DNA of 64,000 bases from a virus (taxonomy: Duplodnaviria > Caudoviricetes), in the IMG/VR virus record IMGVR_UViG_3300010340_001122. One strand, given 5' to 3'. Of this stretch, positions 8,238-18,050 are shown piece after piece (position 1 is the first letter of the stretch; each line of letters opens with the position of its first letter). The position numbers and the translations under genes are program-made. A model generated the notes under the pieces. It searched no databases and was not told the DNA's origin. It was given only the letters and a program-made list of their open reading frames with translations.

Positions 8238-8915
8238 ATGGAACAAATTATTATAGAAATAAGAGCCGCTGAGGGCGGTCAAGATTCAAAACTTCTTGTA
8301 GAAGATTTAAGAGATATTTATCTCAAAACAGCACGAGTTAATAACTTCGATTGTAAGGTTACTAACAGAGATGGATTTGCATCTATCTGACTGACTGGTA
8401 AGAAAGTTAAGACATTTTTTAAAAATGAAAGTGGACCACATCGATGGTTAAGAATTCCACCAACTGAAAAAAAAGGTAGGACACAGACTTCAATAATTAC
8501 GGTTGCTCTAATTGATCCAAGTGATAAATTAGATTTTAATTTCAATCGTAGTGAAGTTACTAAACAATATACGAGAAGTGGTGGCGCCGGTGGTCAGAAT
8601 GTTAATCGTAGATCCACTTGTGTTCAACTAACTCATTTACCAACAGGTATTCAAGTTAAGTGTCAAGATACAAGAGACCAATGTAAAAATGAGGAATTAG
8701 CTTGGATTCGTCTTGAAGATAAACTTAGAGTAATACATGATGCGACTCAGATCAAGACAGTTTATCAAAATCGTTTCGATCAAGTTGGTACAGGTTCAAG
8801 ATCGGACAAGAAGAGATCATATAGAATCAAAGAGAATTTGGTAGTTGATCATGAAACAGGTAAGACTTGTTCATTTACTGATTTCTTAAAGGGTAGAATT
8901 GATTTATTGTCCTAA
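8238..8915 (+). CDS. RF1-type peptide chain release factor lacking domain 1, with in-frame TGA at codon 51 (readthrough candidate)
   Basis: Missed by track. MEQIIIEIRAAEGGQDSK...GFASI*LTGK...ESGPHRWLRIPPTEKKGRTQTS...RSGGAGGQNVN...HLPTGI...RSDKKRSY...DH...GRIDLLS; PxT at 8457-8465, GGQ at 8589-8597, TGA at 8388-8390, same frame throughout. Confidence 0.9.
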
Positions 8916-9656
8916 TATTAGTTTAAACTCCTCTTCACTTTTAAAGCTTTTTTTGGAGTTATTTATCCTTTTAGTTATACAAAGGTTATCAAGTGATGAT
9001 ATTTCTTCTACTTGATAACCTTTTTTAAATCCTTCAAAGATAGAAATCTTGTGGTCTATTGTTGGATATTTCTCATCATTATAATTAAATTGAAAGTTTA
9101 GGCTTATATTTTCACCATCATAGTAATCAAGTCCATTCCATTCTTGAATTAATTTATTCTTATTTCTTTTCGTTAGATTATCAATGAGTTTTCTGTATTT
9201 GATATATACATCTTTTTCTTTCTCAGATATAAAAAGATTGTTACTTTCAAAGTATTCATTGAGAGACTTTGATATTTTATCTTTGATTTCTGGATTATTC
9301 TCATATAGTTTTAAAATAGAGTTTCTTATTTTTTCTCGAACTTCTGTCCTTTTTGAGGGGTTTTTATCACCAGTCTTTGAATCCGAGTATCTTTTTTTGG
9401 ATTCATCACTTCTTTTTTTCCCTTTACAGGATAATCCAATTCTATCTTTATGCTCTTTTGATAATTTTTTACCTTTGTGTGACTCGGACAGACTTTTTTT
9501 ATGATCATCTGAAAAAATTTGACCTTTTCTTATTTCCGATTGCTTTTTATATCCACATTTTCTACAAGATGATTTTTTATCATTTGCAAAATTTAATGAG
9601 TCTTTCGATTTATAAGATATTTCGATTGAACATAATGGACAATTTCTTTTATACAT
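8904..9656 (-). CDS. NUMOD3/HNH homing-endonuclease-like protein
   Basis: CPLC/CRKC, repeated SxxHKxxLSxxxKGK NUMOD3-like units, PTIDHKISI...NLCITKRINNSKK. Confidence 0.75.
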   Translation of the reverse strand: MYKRNCPLCSIEISYKSKDSLNFANDKKSSCRKCGYKKQSEIRKGQIFSDDHKKSLSESHKGKKLSKEHKDRIGLSCKGKKRSDESKKRYSDSKTGDKNPSKRTEVREKIRNSILKLYENNPEIKDKISKSLNEYFESNNLFISEKEKDVYIKYRKLIDNLTKRNKNKLIQEWNGLDYYDGENISLNFQFNYNDEKYPTIDHKISIFEGFKKGYQVEEISSLDNLCITKRINNSKKSFKSEEEFKLILGQ

Positions 9657-9718
9657 AAAAATGATTTACTTTTATATATTAAATATTTAAGGTCAAAAAG
9701 TAAATAAGGTTAAATATT

Positions 9719-10408
9719 TCATTTTTTACTTATGGTATTTATAATCTCTCTAACATTTTTAATAGTTTCTATTTTAAAATCAGTTAAATCGATATCTCTA
9801 ATTAAATTTCTAAATTTTCTATCAGTGTAACTCCAATCATTTGATGATATGATAATTATACCATCTTGAAGCTTTACAGTGGTGTTATTACTAAATTCAC
9901 TTTTTGCTGATGAATTTCTGCTTTTAATCTCTTTGAATATTTGCATTAATTTAGTGACGCTTGTATCTACTTCAGTTTCTAATAGTATGAATAGGTATAT
10001 TGATGGAGTAAATGATATTGTCCCGGCATTTATATGTAATAAACAATTATCATATCTTTCTGATATTTGATAAAGTTCTTTAAAAATTGTGAATATTTTT
10101 TTATCCTTTATAAGATTTCTCTGACCAAATCTATTTCCTAATTTTAATGTGTCTTTTAATTGATCTAACTTTATTTGAATACAAAAGCAATATTTATCGT
10201 CTTCATAAATTGGATTATTATGAAGAATACTTAAAACTTTATCACCAAGCTGTTCTTTATCTAATGCTTGCTTACTGAAATATCCTTTATGAACTTCATA
10301 ATCTATTAACTCATCAGTTAGATCAAGAGTTACATCTTTTAAATCTTGCTCATCATCTTCATGAGCTTCTCTTAGTAACTCTATAAATTTTAATATTTTA
10401 TTTTTCAT
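9719..10408 (-). CDS. Hypothetical protein
   Basis: Long ORF in minus-strand operon; N-terminus MKNKILKFIELLRE. Confidence 0.7.
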   Translation of the reverse strand: MKNKILKFIELLREAHEDDEQDLKDVTLDLTDELIDYEVHKGYFSKQALDKEQLGDKVLSILHNNPIYEDDKYCFCIQIKLDQLKDTLKLGNRFGQRNLIKDKKIFTIFKELYQISERYDNCLLHINAGTISFTPSIYLFILLETEVDTSVTKLMQIFKEIKSRNSSAKSEFSNNTTVKLQDGIIIISSNDWSYTDRKFRNLIRDIDLTDFKIETIKNVREIINTISKK

Positions 10409-11198
10409 AAACATATAATGTAAATTGTATTAATATTTGTTTATTTTCAGATGATTTATTCATGTCAAATATTTCATTGATATGATATATATCAGGTAAT
10501 TGATTAAGATTATTAATTAATTCTTTAAATTTATTTTTAATTTGGTATAATTCATCTATCATGTTTATTTCAAGTTTATATGATTTTTCTAAAGTTATAT
10601 AATATAATTTTTTAGAACCATTTGTATGCATTAAATTCAATTTACCATCTTTTGCAAAAGATCTACTAACAACAACATCATAACCTTGTTCTCTAAACTC
10701 TGAAAATAACGAATTGAATGAACGAGCTGATTTTTTATGATAAAATGATTTAGATTCTTGGCTATTATCGTCTAATTTAAGATATAGTTTTAAATATCCG
10801 GATCCTCTTTTAAGATCAAATAAGGAATAGTCTTCTATATTGTGTAGAGATTCCATTGCATAAGCATGTATTTTTCTATCATTATCATTATCATTATTCT
10901 TTTTAATATTTACTATAAAACATGGTGTTAGTCCAGATGATGCGTATGCTTCTGTTCTTTCTAAATTTAATTGACCAGGTGGTGTATTAATTGTTAAATC
11001 TTTATGTAACTCATGTTCAAAGTTTTTACCTTTTAGATAAAAATCGATCTCGATATTTACATCTGTTCCATCATGTAGTTCTGCAAATGATTCAAATATA
11101 TCATCTTCATTTAAAAACCAAATAGATTTTATAAATTCCTCATTTCTTGAATATTTTTTCACATATGAGCTTTCAAAAATATGTTTTAAGTTTTTCAT
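10398..11198 (-). CDS. Hypothetical protein
   Basis: 266-aa ORF; N-terminus MKNLKHIFES. Confidence 0.7.
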   Translation of the reverse strand: MKNLKHIFESSYVKKYSRNEEFIKSIWFLNEDDIFESFAELHDGTDVNIEIDFYLKGKNFEHELHKDLTINTPPGQLNLERTEAYASSGLTPCFIVNIKKNNDNDNDRKIHAYAMESLHNIEDYSLFDLKRGSGYLKLYLKLDDNSQESKSFYHKKSARSFNSLFSEFREQGYDVVVSRSFAKDGKLNLMHTNGSKKLYYITLEKSYKLEINMIDELYQIKNKFKELINNLNQLPDIYHINEIFDMNKSSENKQILIQFTLYVYEK

Positions 11199-11199
11199 T

Positions 11200-11889
11200 T
11201 TATTTAAGTTTTTTATCTAGTATTCTAGCTATATTAGATCCAATTGTAAAATGTATATTTCTAATTGTATCAGCTTCGACTGTTTCAACATCATCCATAA
11301 ATTTAAATTGATATCTATAAGTATCATTTTCTTCTTCATCACTATTTCTGTCAATTTTATAAATTGAGACATCAATTTTATAATTATTATTTACATCAAT
11401 TTCAAAATCAAATGTTACTTTATCACATGGTGTTGTTTTGAATTTTGGTTCATATTTAACATCAAAAATAGAATAGTCTGTAATCTTAGCTCTTCTCATA
11501 TAGTAATTTAAAAACATAGCAGGTGCTTCTATAAAATCGGAAAGAATTTGTATATCTTCCCCAAAATCATTCGATTCAATAATATCTTCTATTTTATTTT
11601 TCATATCAACAACATTATTAAAATCAACCTTATGATAATTACAATTTATATCAAATAAATAAATGAATGAATTATCTATTAGATTTCTTTTTTCTAAATC
11701 AGTTTTAAAAATGAATTTTGTGTGTATAATTAGAGTATCTTCAACTGATAATCCATGTATTGATATTACTAATTTATAGAATTCTTCATCACCAGACATT
11801 TCATACGTTGTTTCAACGGATTGAACTAAACCCTCTTCTTCCTCGAAGATATCTTTAAATGTTTGTTCGATTTCTGCTATTCTTATCAT
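11200..11889 (-). CDS. Hypothetical protein
   Basis: 229-aa ORF. Confidence 0.7.
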   Translation of the reverse strand: MIRIAEIEQTFKDIFEEEEGLVQSVETTYEMSGDEEFYKLVISIHGLSVEDTLIIHTKFIFKTDLEKRNLIDNSFIYLFDINCNYHKVDFNNVVDMKNKIEDIIESNDFGEDIQILSDFIEAPAMFLNYYMRRAKITDYSIFDVKYEPKFKTTPCDKVTFDFEIDVNNNYKIDVSIYKIDRNSDEEENDTYRYQFKFMDDVETVEADTIRNIHFTIGSNIARILDKKLK

Positions 11890-11890
11890 A

Positions 11891-12967
11891 TTAAAAATTT
11901 TCTTTTATTTCTTTTAAGAGCTCTTCAAATGAAGAGAATTTCATATCAGATTCATTTTCACCATCTCCATATGGTCCGCTATGACTCTCTCTTCTTTTAA
12001 CAATTATTTCTTCTATATCACTAAAGTTGATTATCCAATCCTCATGAAAACCTTCGGAATATCCAGAAGCACCATATTGAATTTCTATTATTTGATTATC
12101 TTCATTATACTGATAATTTAAAAATTTTGACCAACTATCATAACTTTCTTCTTCATATTTTTTAGATAAACTATCTAATTCATAAAAAAAATTTAAAAGA
12201 GTATCATCATACCACTCATTAATGGATTCAAATTGTTTATCATAAGAGTATCTTTTAAGTTCCATTATTTTACTAACATATCCATTTCTTCTTAATAGTT
12301 TAAAAACTAAATTACCGATTGAAAACTCACCTCCATCTTCTAATCCAGACTGTCTTTGTTTTTTTATTTTTTTCCAAACCTTATCAATTTTTTCTTTTAA
12401 TTTGGAATATTTATCTTCATCAACTTGTTCTTCGATATCATCAATAGACATCATTATAGATTTAGCTTTTTCAGATATCTCATTTTCATCAGGTATAAAT
12501 TCTATTTTTTCAGGCTTTACATTCCATTTATTTTTCAATAATGAAAAAACACCGCTAGATTTATGTATTTCATCAATACTTTGAATATAAACTTCTACTT
12601 CATATCCTTTGATTCTAATATCATGATTATCATTCCATATTTTTTTAGCACTATCTGTGAATTTTTTAACTAATTCAACATTATCATCAACATCGTTGAA
12701 ATTGATTAAGATATGTAAATCATAATCAGAATATTTTTCAGACCAGTTATAATTTGCTAAAGATCCAGTTAAAATAATATCTTTCACATCAGCTTCTAAT
12801 TCAGTTGAATTGTAGAAATCTTGTGCGATTTGTAATAGTTTTTCTCTCACATCTTCATCAAGTTCAAAACTATCCCAAAGTTTTGGATTTAGTTCATCTT
12901 TTAAATAGAATGATTTAATAGGTTCGAGATCCTTTTCTTGGAATTCTTCAAATTTTTTAAATCTCAT
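11891..12967 (-). CDS. Pol-beta-superfamily nucleotidyltransferase
   Basis: ILTGSLANYNW..YSDYDLHIL (GS...DxD) plus VEVYIQ third acidic strand. Confidence 0.75.
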   Translation of the reverse strand: MRFKKFEEFQEKDLEPIKSFYLKDELNPKLWDSFELDEDVREKLLQIAQDFYNSTELEADVKDIILTGSLANYNWSEKYSDYDLHILINFNDVDDNVELVKKFTDSAKKIWNDNHDIRIKGYEVEVYIQSIDEIHKSSGVFSLLKNKWNVKPEKIEFIPDENEISEKAKSIMMSIDDIEEQVDEDKYSKLKEKIDKVWKKIKKQRQSGLEDGGEFSIGNLVFKLLRRNGYVSKIMELKRYSYDKQFESINEWYDDTLLNFFYELDSLSKKYEEESYDSWSKFLNYQYNEDNQIIEIQYGASGYSEGFHEDWIINFSDIEEIIVKRRESHSGPYGDGENESDMKFSSFEELLKEIKENF

Positions 12968-13086
12968 TATCGCACTTCATTTTTTTATATATATTAAAAG
13001 TCAGTATTTAAATAATAAAGAATTATTAAACTTTACTATTGATAATAAAAAACAAAACAATAAAAGTGAATTATAATAATATTGAA

Positions 13087-14400
13087 ATGAGTAAATTAAT
13101 CACATTAAACGGACAAGATGATAAAATTTTAGACGATATCTTTAGTAATGATATAATTGTCTATGAAGATGTTCAAGGATCCAAAATCTGGGTAAATTGG
13201 AATGGTAATTCTTTTGTTATAAAGCCTAAGTCTATATCAAGTGAGGCTATCAATCTAATTGATTTAGCTATGCAGAATTATTATAATCCTGCTATAAACT
13301 ATTTTAATACTTTTGATACTAGAATAAAAGGATTAATGCCAAAAAATTGGTGGTTTTGTTTTGAATATTTTCCAGATAATCAACCTGCTAATATTGAATA
13401 TAATCGAGTTCCTAAAAATGGATTAGTATTAGCTTCTATTTGTAAAAATGGAAAATATGAGTATACTGTTGATGAGTTGGTTGAATATGCTAGATTATTC
13501 ACAGTTGATAGTTTACCTGTTATATTTGAGGGAAGGCTTTCAGATTCAATGAAAGAGGCTATAAAATATTTTCTTAACACATCAGAAAATGATCTGGACT
13601 ATGTTTTTGGTGAGAAATCATTCTCATTTTTCTTTTATAAAATATTGAATCCTCAAAGTGAAGGATCATTTTTAATGGGTGATGATTTTCAAAAAAACCT
13701 ACAAAAAATAGTAATTAAGGTAAAGGATAAGAATATAAATTTTGAGATTTTAAATCCTCTTTATCAAAGAGTAAGTTCTGATAACTCTACAGAATTTGTT
13801 GAAGTATATACTTTAATACTTGTTAATTTTTTAAATTTTTGTCAGAGTGTTAATATTGAAGATATAAAAATAAAAGGTGCTAGAAAAGACGAGTCATATA
13901 TTTATTTAATTTGTAAATTGTTCAATATGTATATTGATGATATTGGTGATGATTTGAGAAATTTTGATTTTGTGGTTCCAGAATTTTTTGATAAAGAAAA
14001 ATTTAAAATCAATAGAGAGTTAATTCCTAATAAATTAACTAATGAAATTATTTCAGATTCTGATAAGTTAGAATATGTTTTCAAGGTGATATTGGGATCT
14101 TTTAATAAGAAGAGAAAAAAGCCAATAGGGATTTTTACTGAAAATACTATTATATTATTTAATAATTTCGTTGATAAAATTGATACTATTATTGATAGGT
14201 ATCTGAATAAATTGAGAGAAGTTGAATTAACACAATCTGGTTTGTTATCATTTGAGGATTTTTTTGAAATTCAGTATGATGTTGATGGTTCGGGAGAAGT
14301 TTATCCAGATGTTTATGCTGAGATAGAAAAGACAATGGATGACAAAAGCAAGGGAAAAAAGGGCATCAAACCTGGTATTCAAACAGATGAGAAGAAATAA
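13087..14400 (+). CDS. Rnl2/ATP-dependent ligase-fold protein with degenerate motif I
   Basis: VYEDVQGSKI (cf. xEKxDGxN), FCFEYF, LPVIFEG and QKIVIK spaced like RNA ligase motifs. Confidence 0.4.
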   Translation: MSKLITLNGQDDKILDDIFSNDIIVYEDVQGSKIWVNWNGNSFVIKPKSISSEAINLIDLAMQNYYNPAINYFNTFDTRIKGLMPKNWWFCFEYFPDNQPANIEYNRVPKNGLVLASICKNGKYEYTVDELVEYARLFTVDSLPVIFEGRLSDSMKEAIKYFLNTSENDLDYVFGEKSFSFFFYKILNPQSEGSFLMGDDFQKNLQKIVIKVKDKNINFEILNPLYQRVSSDNSTEFVEVYTLILVNFLNFCQSVNIEDIKIKGARKDESYIYLICKLFNMYIDDIGDDLRNFDFVVPEFFDKEKFKINRELIPNKLTNEIISDSDKLEYVFKVILGSFNKKRKKPIGIFTENTIILFNNFVDKIDTIIDRYLNKLREVELTQSGLLSFEDFFEIQYDVDGSGEVYPDVYAEIEKTMDDKSKGKKGIKPGIQTDEKK

Positions 14401-15466
14401 TTTTTTCTATCTCTTCTTTTTTGGCTCCATATTTTATTATTAAGAGTTTTATATCGTTTGATGTGCAATATTCTTCTTTGATTTTATCTCTCTTTATAAT
14501 TTCATTGTAATAAAATTCTCCACCGAAAAAATCAACAGGTTTATAGTGTTGAAGTCCGTTGAATTCTATGCATAAATTTTTAGATGGAATATAGAAGTCA
14601 AATTTCAATAGTGATTTATATACACAATTGTTAAATTTATGCTCGGTTTTATAATTAATTTTAAATTTATTCAGTATCTCAGTGATTATTTTTTCACCTT
14701 TCGATTGATTGCATTTTTTACACCCTGAGCCTAATAGATGTGTGTGTGCCAGTTGTTGAAACTCTCCGTGTTTTCGACATATGATTGTTCCTTTTGATTT
14801 TCTACCATTGTATTCAAATTTAGAATAGTCATATAAATTACCGTGTATCTCTTCAAACATTTTAATAATTTTGCACTTTTCTATAATTCTTTTTTCAGAG
14901 TCACATTTTTTACAAGGTATTTTCGTTTGAAAATGATTATCGGGTTTTTGTTGAAAGATTCCATGTTTTTTACAGATAATTTTAACTTTTGTCTTATTAT
15001 TCTTATACTCAACAAGTGAATAGTCATAGATATTTCCAAATTTGTCAATTGACTTTTTCACAAATTCTTCTTTGCTTGATTTTATATTATTCTCTACACA
15101 TTTTTGGCAATTTTGTCCTTGTAAGTGGTTATTTGGTTTTTGCTCGAATATACCATGTTCTTTGCATATAATTTTAACTTTAGTTTTATTGTCAATATAA
15201 TTTACTAATGAGTAATCATATTTATTACCGTGTGTTAGTTTAGATTTTATTATAAATTCTGGTGTGTTTGATTTTCTCACACCTGCACACTCAGGACATC
15301 CTTGTTTTTGAATTGTGTGGTTTTTAGGAGTTTGTTCGAACATGCCATGATATTTACAGATAATTTTCACTTTAGTTTTATTGTTTTTATACTCTACTAG
15401 TGAGTAGTCGAATTTATTACCATGTATATTTTTACATTTTTCTAAAAAATTATTTAATTTTTCCAT
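14366..15466 (-). CDS. Homing-endonuclease-like protein with Zn-ribbon repeats and C-terminal Vsr-like PD-(D/E)XK domain
   Basis: Four GxxYDYS..Y..K..IIC..HG.F.Q...H....CxxC repeats; SKGE...FDFYIP...IEFNGLQHY...RDKIK. Confidence 0.8.
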   Translation of the reverse strand: MEKLNNFLEKCKNIHGNKFDYSLVEYKNNKTKVKIICKYHGMFEQTPKNHTIQKQGCPECAGVRKSNTPEFIIKSKLTHGNKYDYSLVNYIDNKTKVKIICKEHGIFEQKPNNHLQGQNCQKCVENNIKSSKEEFVKKSIDKFGNIYDYSLVEYKNNKTKVKIICKKHGIFQQKPDNHFQTKIPCKKCDSEKRIIEKCKIIKMFEEIHGNLYDYSKFEYNGRKSKGTIICRKHGEFQQLAHTHLLGSGCKKCNQSKGEKIITEILNKFKINYKTEHKFNNCVYKSLLKFDFYIPSKNLCIEFNGLQHYKPVDFFGGEFYYNEIIKRDKIKEEYCTSNDIKLLIIKYGAKKEEIEKIISSHLFEYQV

Positions 15467-15527
15467 ATTATTATATATTTAAAACAAATAGTTATCCATG
15501 TAATATAATTAAAAAAAAATTTTTTAC

Positions 15528-17303
15528 ATGAATAGTGAAACAACAGTTGAAGATAGGATCAGAGCTTTATTTGATGATAGTGTGTCAAAATTTAGATGTA
15601 CTGATGATAATCTTTCCAAATATTATGTTTTTGATAATCAAATTAGCACAGCTAAGGATATAATTTATAATTTTTATTTAAAAAGGCATAGATGGTGTCT
15701 TCTTTTTGCTGAAATGCAATCTGGTAAATCCGGAACATTTTTTTCTATACCTTATATAATAAGTAGAAATAAAACACTTATTGATAAATTAGGTATAGAT
15801 ATGTCTGATAATGAAATAAATGTATTTCTATTAACGGGCATGAATGAAAAAGAACTAATTTCTCAATTTGAGAAGGACATTGATGGATTTACAGGCATGG
15901 ATATAACAAAAAATGTATTACATAATTCAGAAATGCGTAAGTTTTTATCAAAACCAGAAGATTCATGGAACACAAGTGATAAAACTGTTATAAATAAAAT
16001 GAGAAAAAATAGTTTAATTTTAATAGATGAGTCACACTATGGATCTGATAAAAATCAGGTTTTAGATAAATTTTTGAGAAAAATATTAAATATAAATCCA
16101 AACGGAGATAATACGCCATTAATTGAAAATAATGTATATGTGGTTTCAATTTCAGCCACTCCTATGGCGGAATTTATAAACTCAAATATTTCAGATTTTA
16201 AGAAAAAAATAATTCCTCTTAAAAACTCTAATGGTTATTTCGGAATAGTTGACATGTTTAATGAAAATAGAGTTTTCGATTCTTATGATCTTAAAGATGA
16301 TAAATCCTGTAATTTATTGATAGATAAAATTCTGAATATGTATAAAAATGGATATATTCTTATCAGGTGTACTCAAAAGCAACAAAATAGATTAGTTTAT
16401 CAAATTGGTAAAAGAATGATTTCTGCACTAGATATTATAAATTATGATCAATATTCTAAATCTACCATATTAGACAATATGGGTATTAATGATATTTTAT
16501 CTGAAATTCCCAACAAAAAGACTTTAATTTTTTTAAAAGGATTGTTGAGAGCGGGAAAAAGAGTTAATACACAAAATGTTATTATGGTTCATGATACTTC
16601 GGTGTCTAATGTTGATACGACTGTTCAATCTTTATTGGGTAGATGTTGTGGTTACGGAAAGAATAGAGATATAGATATTTATTGTGATAAAATATCTGCC
16701 AAAAAATATAAGAATTGGGTGCTAAGCGGTTATGATTTGAATCACATTCCTGATAAATCTAAAAATATATTAGGTGACTCAAGTATCTCTATATGTTCTT
16801 ATAGAGATCCTATATTATTTGATGTATCTAATAATAAATTCATTATAGATAATTTAAATATTAGGGCAAAAAGAGGTCAGGCTTTATCTAGAAATATAGA
16901 TATTCTCAAATCTTTGAATTCAGATGATATTAATATTATCATAGATTCTGGAATATTAGGAACTGATTACACTATCGGTACAATTTTTAAAGTTGATATT
17001 ACTAAACACAACAAGTGGATTGAGGGTGGTGATAAATATACCTCATATCAAAAGCAATTTTTAGATGTTTTAAACAATAATATTTTTCTTGGTGATTATA
17101 AACCGGAAGAATCCATATCAAAAATGATATTAAATGGTTTGAGTGAAGAAGACTCCATTAAGCGTGAACTTGGAAAGATAGTTTTTTCTGCTGCTTATGA
17201 TATCGGTCAAAAAAAACTATTAGTTTCATTTGGTAGAGTTATTAAAAATAATATAAAATCTTCTGATAAAAGTATGTATCATTTATCTAATCAATTAGCT
17301 TAA
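15528..17303 (+). CDS. SF2 helicase-like ATPase
   Basis: AEMQSGKSGT (Walker A), IDESH (DExH), SATP, QSLLGRCCGY (motif VI). Confidence 0.75.
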   Translation: MNSETTVEDRIRALFDDSVSKFRCTDDNLSKYYVFDNQISTAKDIIYNFYLKRHRWCLLFAEMQSGKSGTFFSIPYIISRNKTLIDKLGIDMSDNEINVFLLTGMNEKELISQFEKDIDGFTGMDITKNVLHNSEMRKFLSKPEDSWNTSDKTVINKMRKNSLILIDESHYGSDKNQVLDKFLRKILNINPNGDNTPLIENNVYVVSISATPMAEFINSNISDFKKKIIPLKNSNGYFGIVDMFNENRVFDSYDLKDDKSCNLLIDKILNMYKNGYILIRCTQKQQNRLVYQIGKRMISALDIINYDQYSKSTILDNMGINDILSEIPNKKTLIFLKGLLRAGKRVNTQNVIMVHDTSVSNVDTTVQSLLGRCCGYGKNRDIDIYCDKISAKKYKNWVLSGYDLNHIPDKSKNILGDSSISICSYRDPILFDVSNNKFIIDNLNIRAKRGQALSRNIDILKSLNSDDINIIIDSGILGTDYTIGTIFKVDITKHNKWIEGGDKYTSYQKQFLDVLNNNIFLGDYKPEESISKMILNGLSEEDSIKRELGKIVFSAAYDIGQKKLLVSFGRVIKNNIKSSDKSMYHLSNQLA

Positions 17304-17356
17304 TATTATAATATATAAAAGAACTTAAATTTACAAAAACAATAAAATTAAAAACA

Positions 17357-17920
17357 ATGAAAAAACTACTACTATTAATTATCATTATGTCATTGTTTAC
17401 TTCTTGTGAACAGAATGAATTGGAAGATTTAGAACCTTTTCAACAACAAGAGCAACCAACAGAACCAATTTCTATGAATGATTCAATATATTATATGACT
17501 AATTATAGAGATAAATACATTGGGACATGGAAGCACCAGCTAGAAATAGCAAACAATAATGGTGATGGCACGGTGATTATTAAACACCAGTCTTATGAAA
17601 ATAAAATTATATTAAAAGATTTTTATGATGAATATCTTGGATCTAATAGTGTAGATTTAATTTTGGAAATAACTCCATATTGGTACGATAGTTTAAATTA
17701 TTATGATCAAATTTATATACCAGACCAAACATTTATTTTATCGTGGAATCAACCATATACATTAACTATAAGTGGATCTGGCTCATGTTTTCCACCTAGT
17801 CCAGGTATTGGAATTGATACAACATTATTTATTTTAAATATGTATCTTGATTATGGTGGTCCATTTGTACCTGGATTTAATGATGGTCAGAGACAATTTT
17901 TCTTTAAGAAAATAGAATGA
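17357..17920 (+). CDS. Putative lipoprotein
   Basis: Signal peptide II MKKLLLLIIIMSLFTS-C followed by acidic residues. Confidence 0.75.
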   Translation: MKKLLLLIIIMSLFTSCEQNELEDLEPFQQQEQPTEPISMNDSIYYMTNYRDKYIGTWKHQLEIANNNGDGTVIIKHQSYENKIILKDFYDEYLGSNSVDLILEITPYWYDSLNYYDQIYIPDQTFILSWNQPYTLTISGSGSCFPPSPGIGIDTTLFILNMYLDYGGPFVPGFNDGQRQFFFKKIE

Positions 17921-18050
17921 GACACCGAAAGAGACTCCTGTCGAATGAATTGTGAATTTTAAATTAGTACGCTTAAATCTGACTAAGAAAAAAGATGGAA
18001 AATTTACTTCTAAAAAATAATCTATTATGTGATTATTTAATATAATCTAT

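Noticed and set aside
8388-8390. Genome-wide UGA reassignment (code 4/25) as the explanation for the RF internal stop
   Set aside because: TGA ends nrdA exactly at its conserved C-terminus and forms ATGA overlaps at 4729, 19983, 25287 and 34024; other genes are not fragmented under code 11
8380-8395. RF2-type +1 programmed frameshift
   Set aside because: No CTT-TGA slip site or upstream SD-like element, and homology continues in frame 0
8318-8545. 75-aa minus-strand ORF
   Set aside because: Antisense shadow of the release factor gene
14366-15466. DNA repeats suggesting an array or DGR
   Set aside because: They encode in-frame Zn-ribbon protein repeats; no reverse transcriptase in the window
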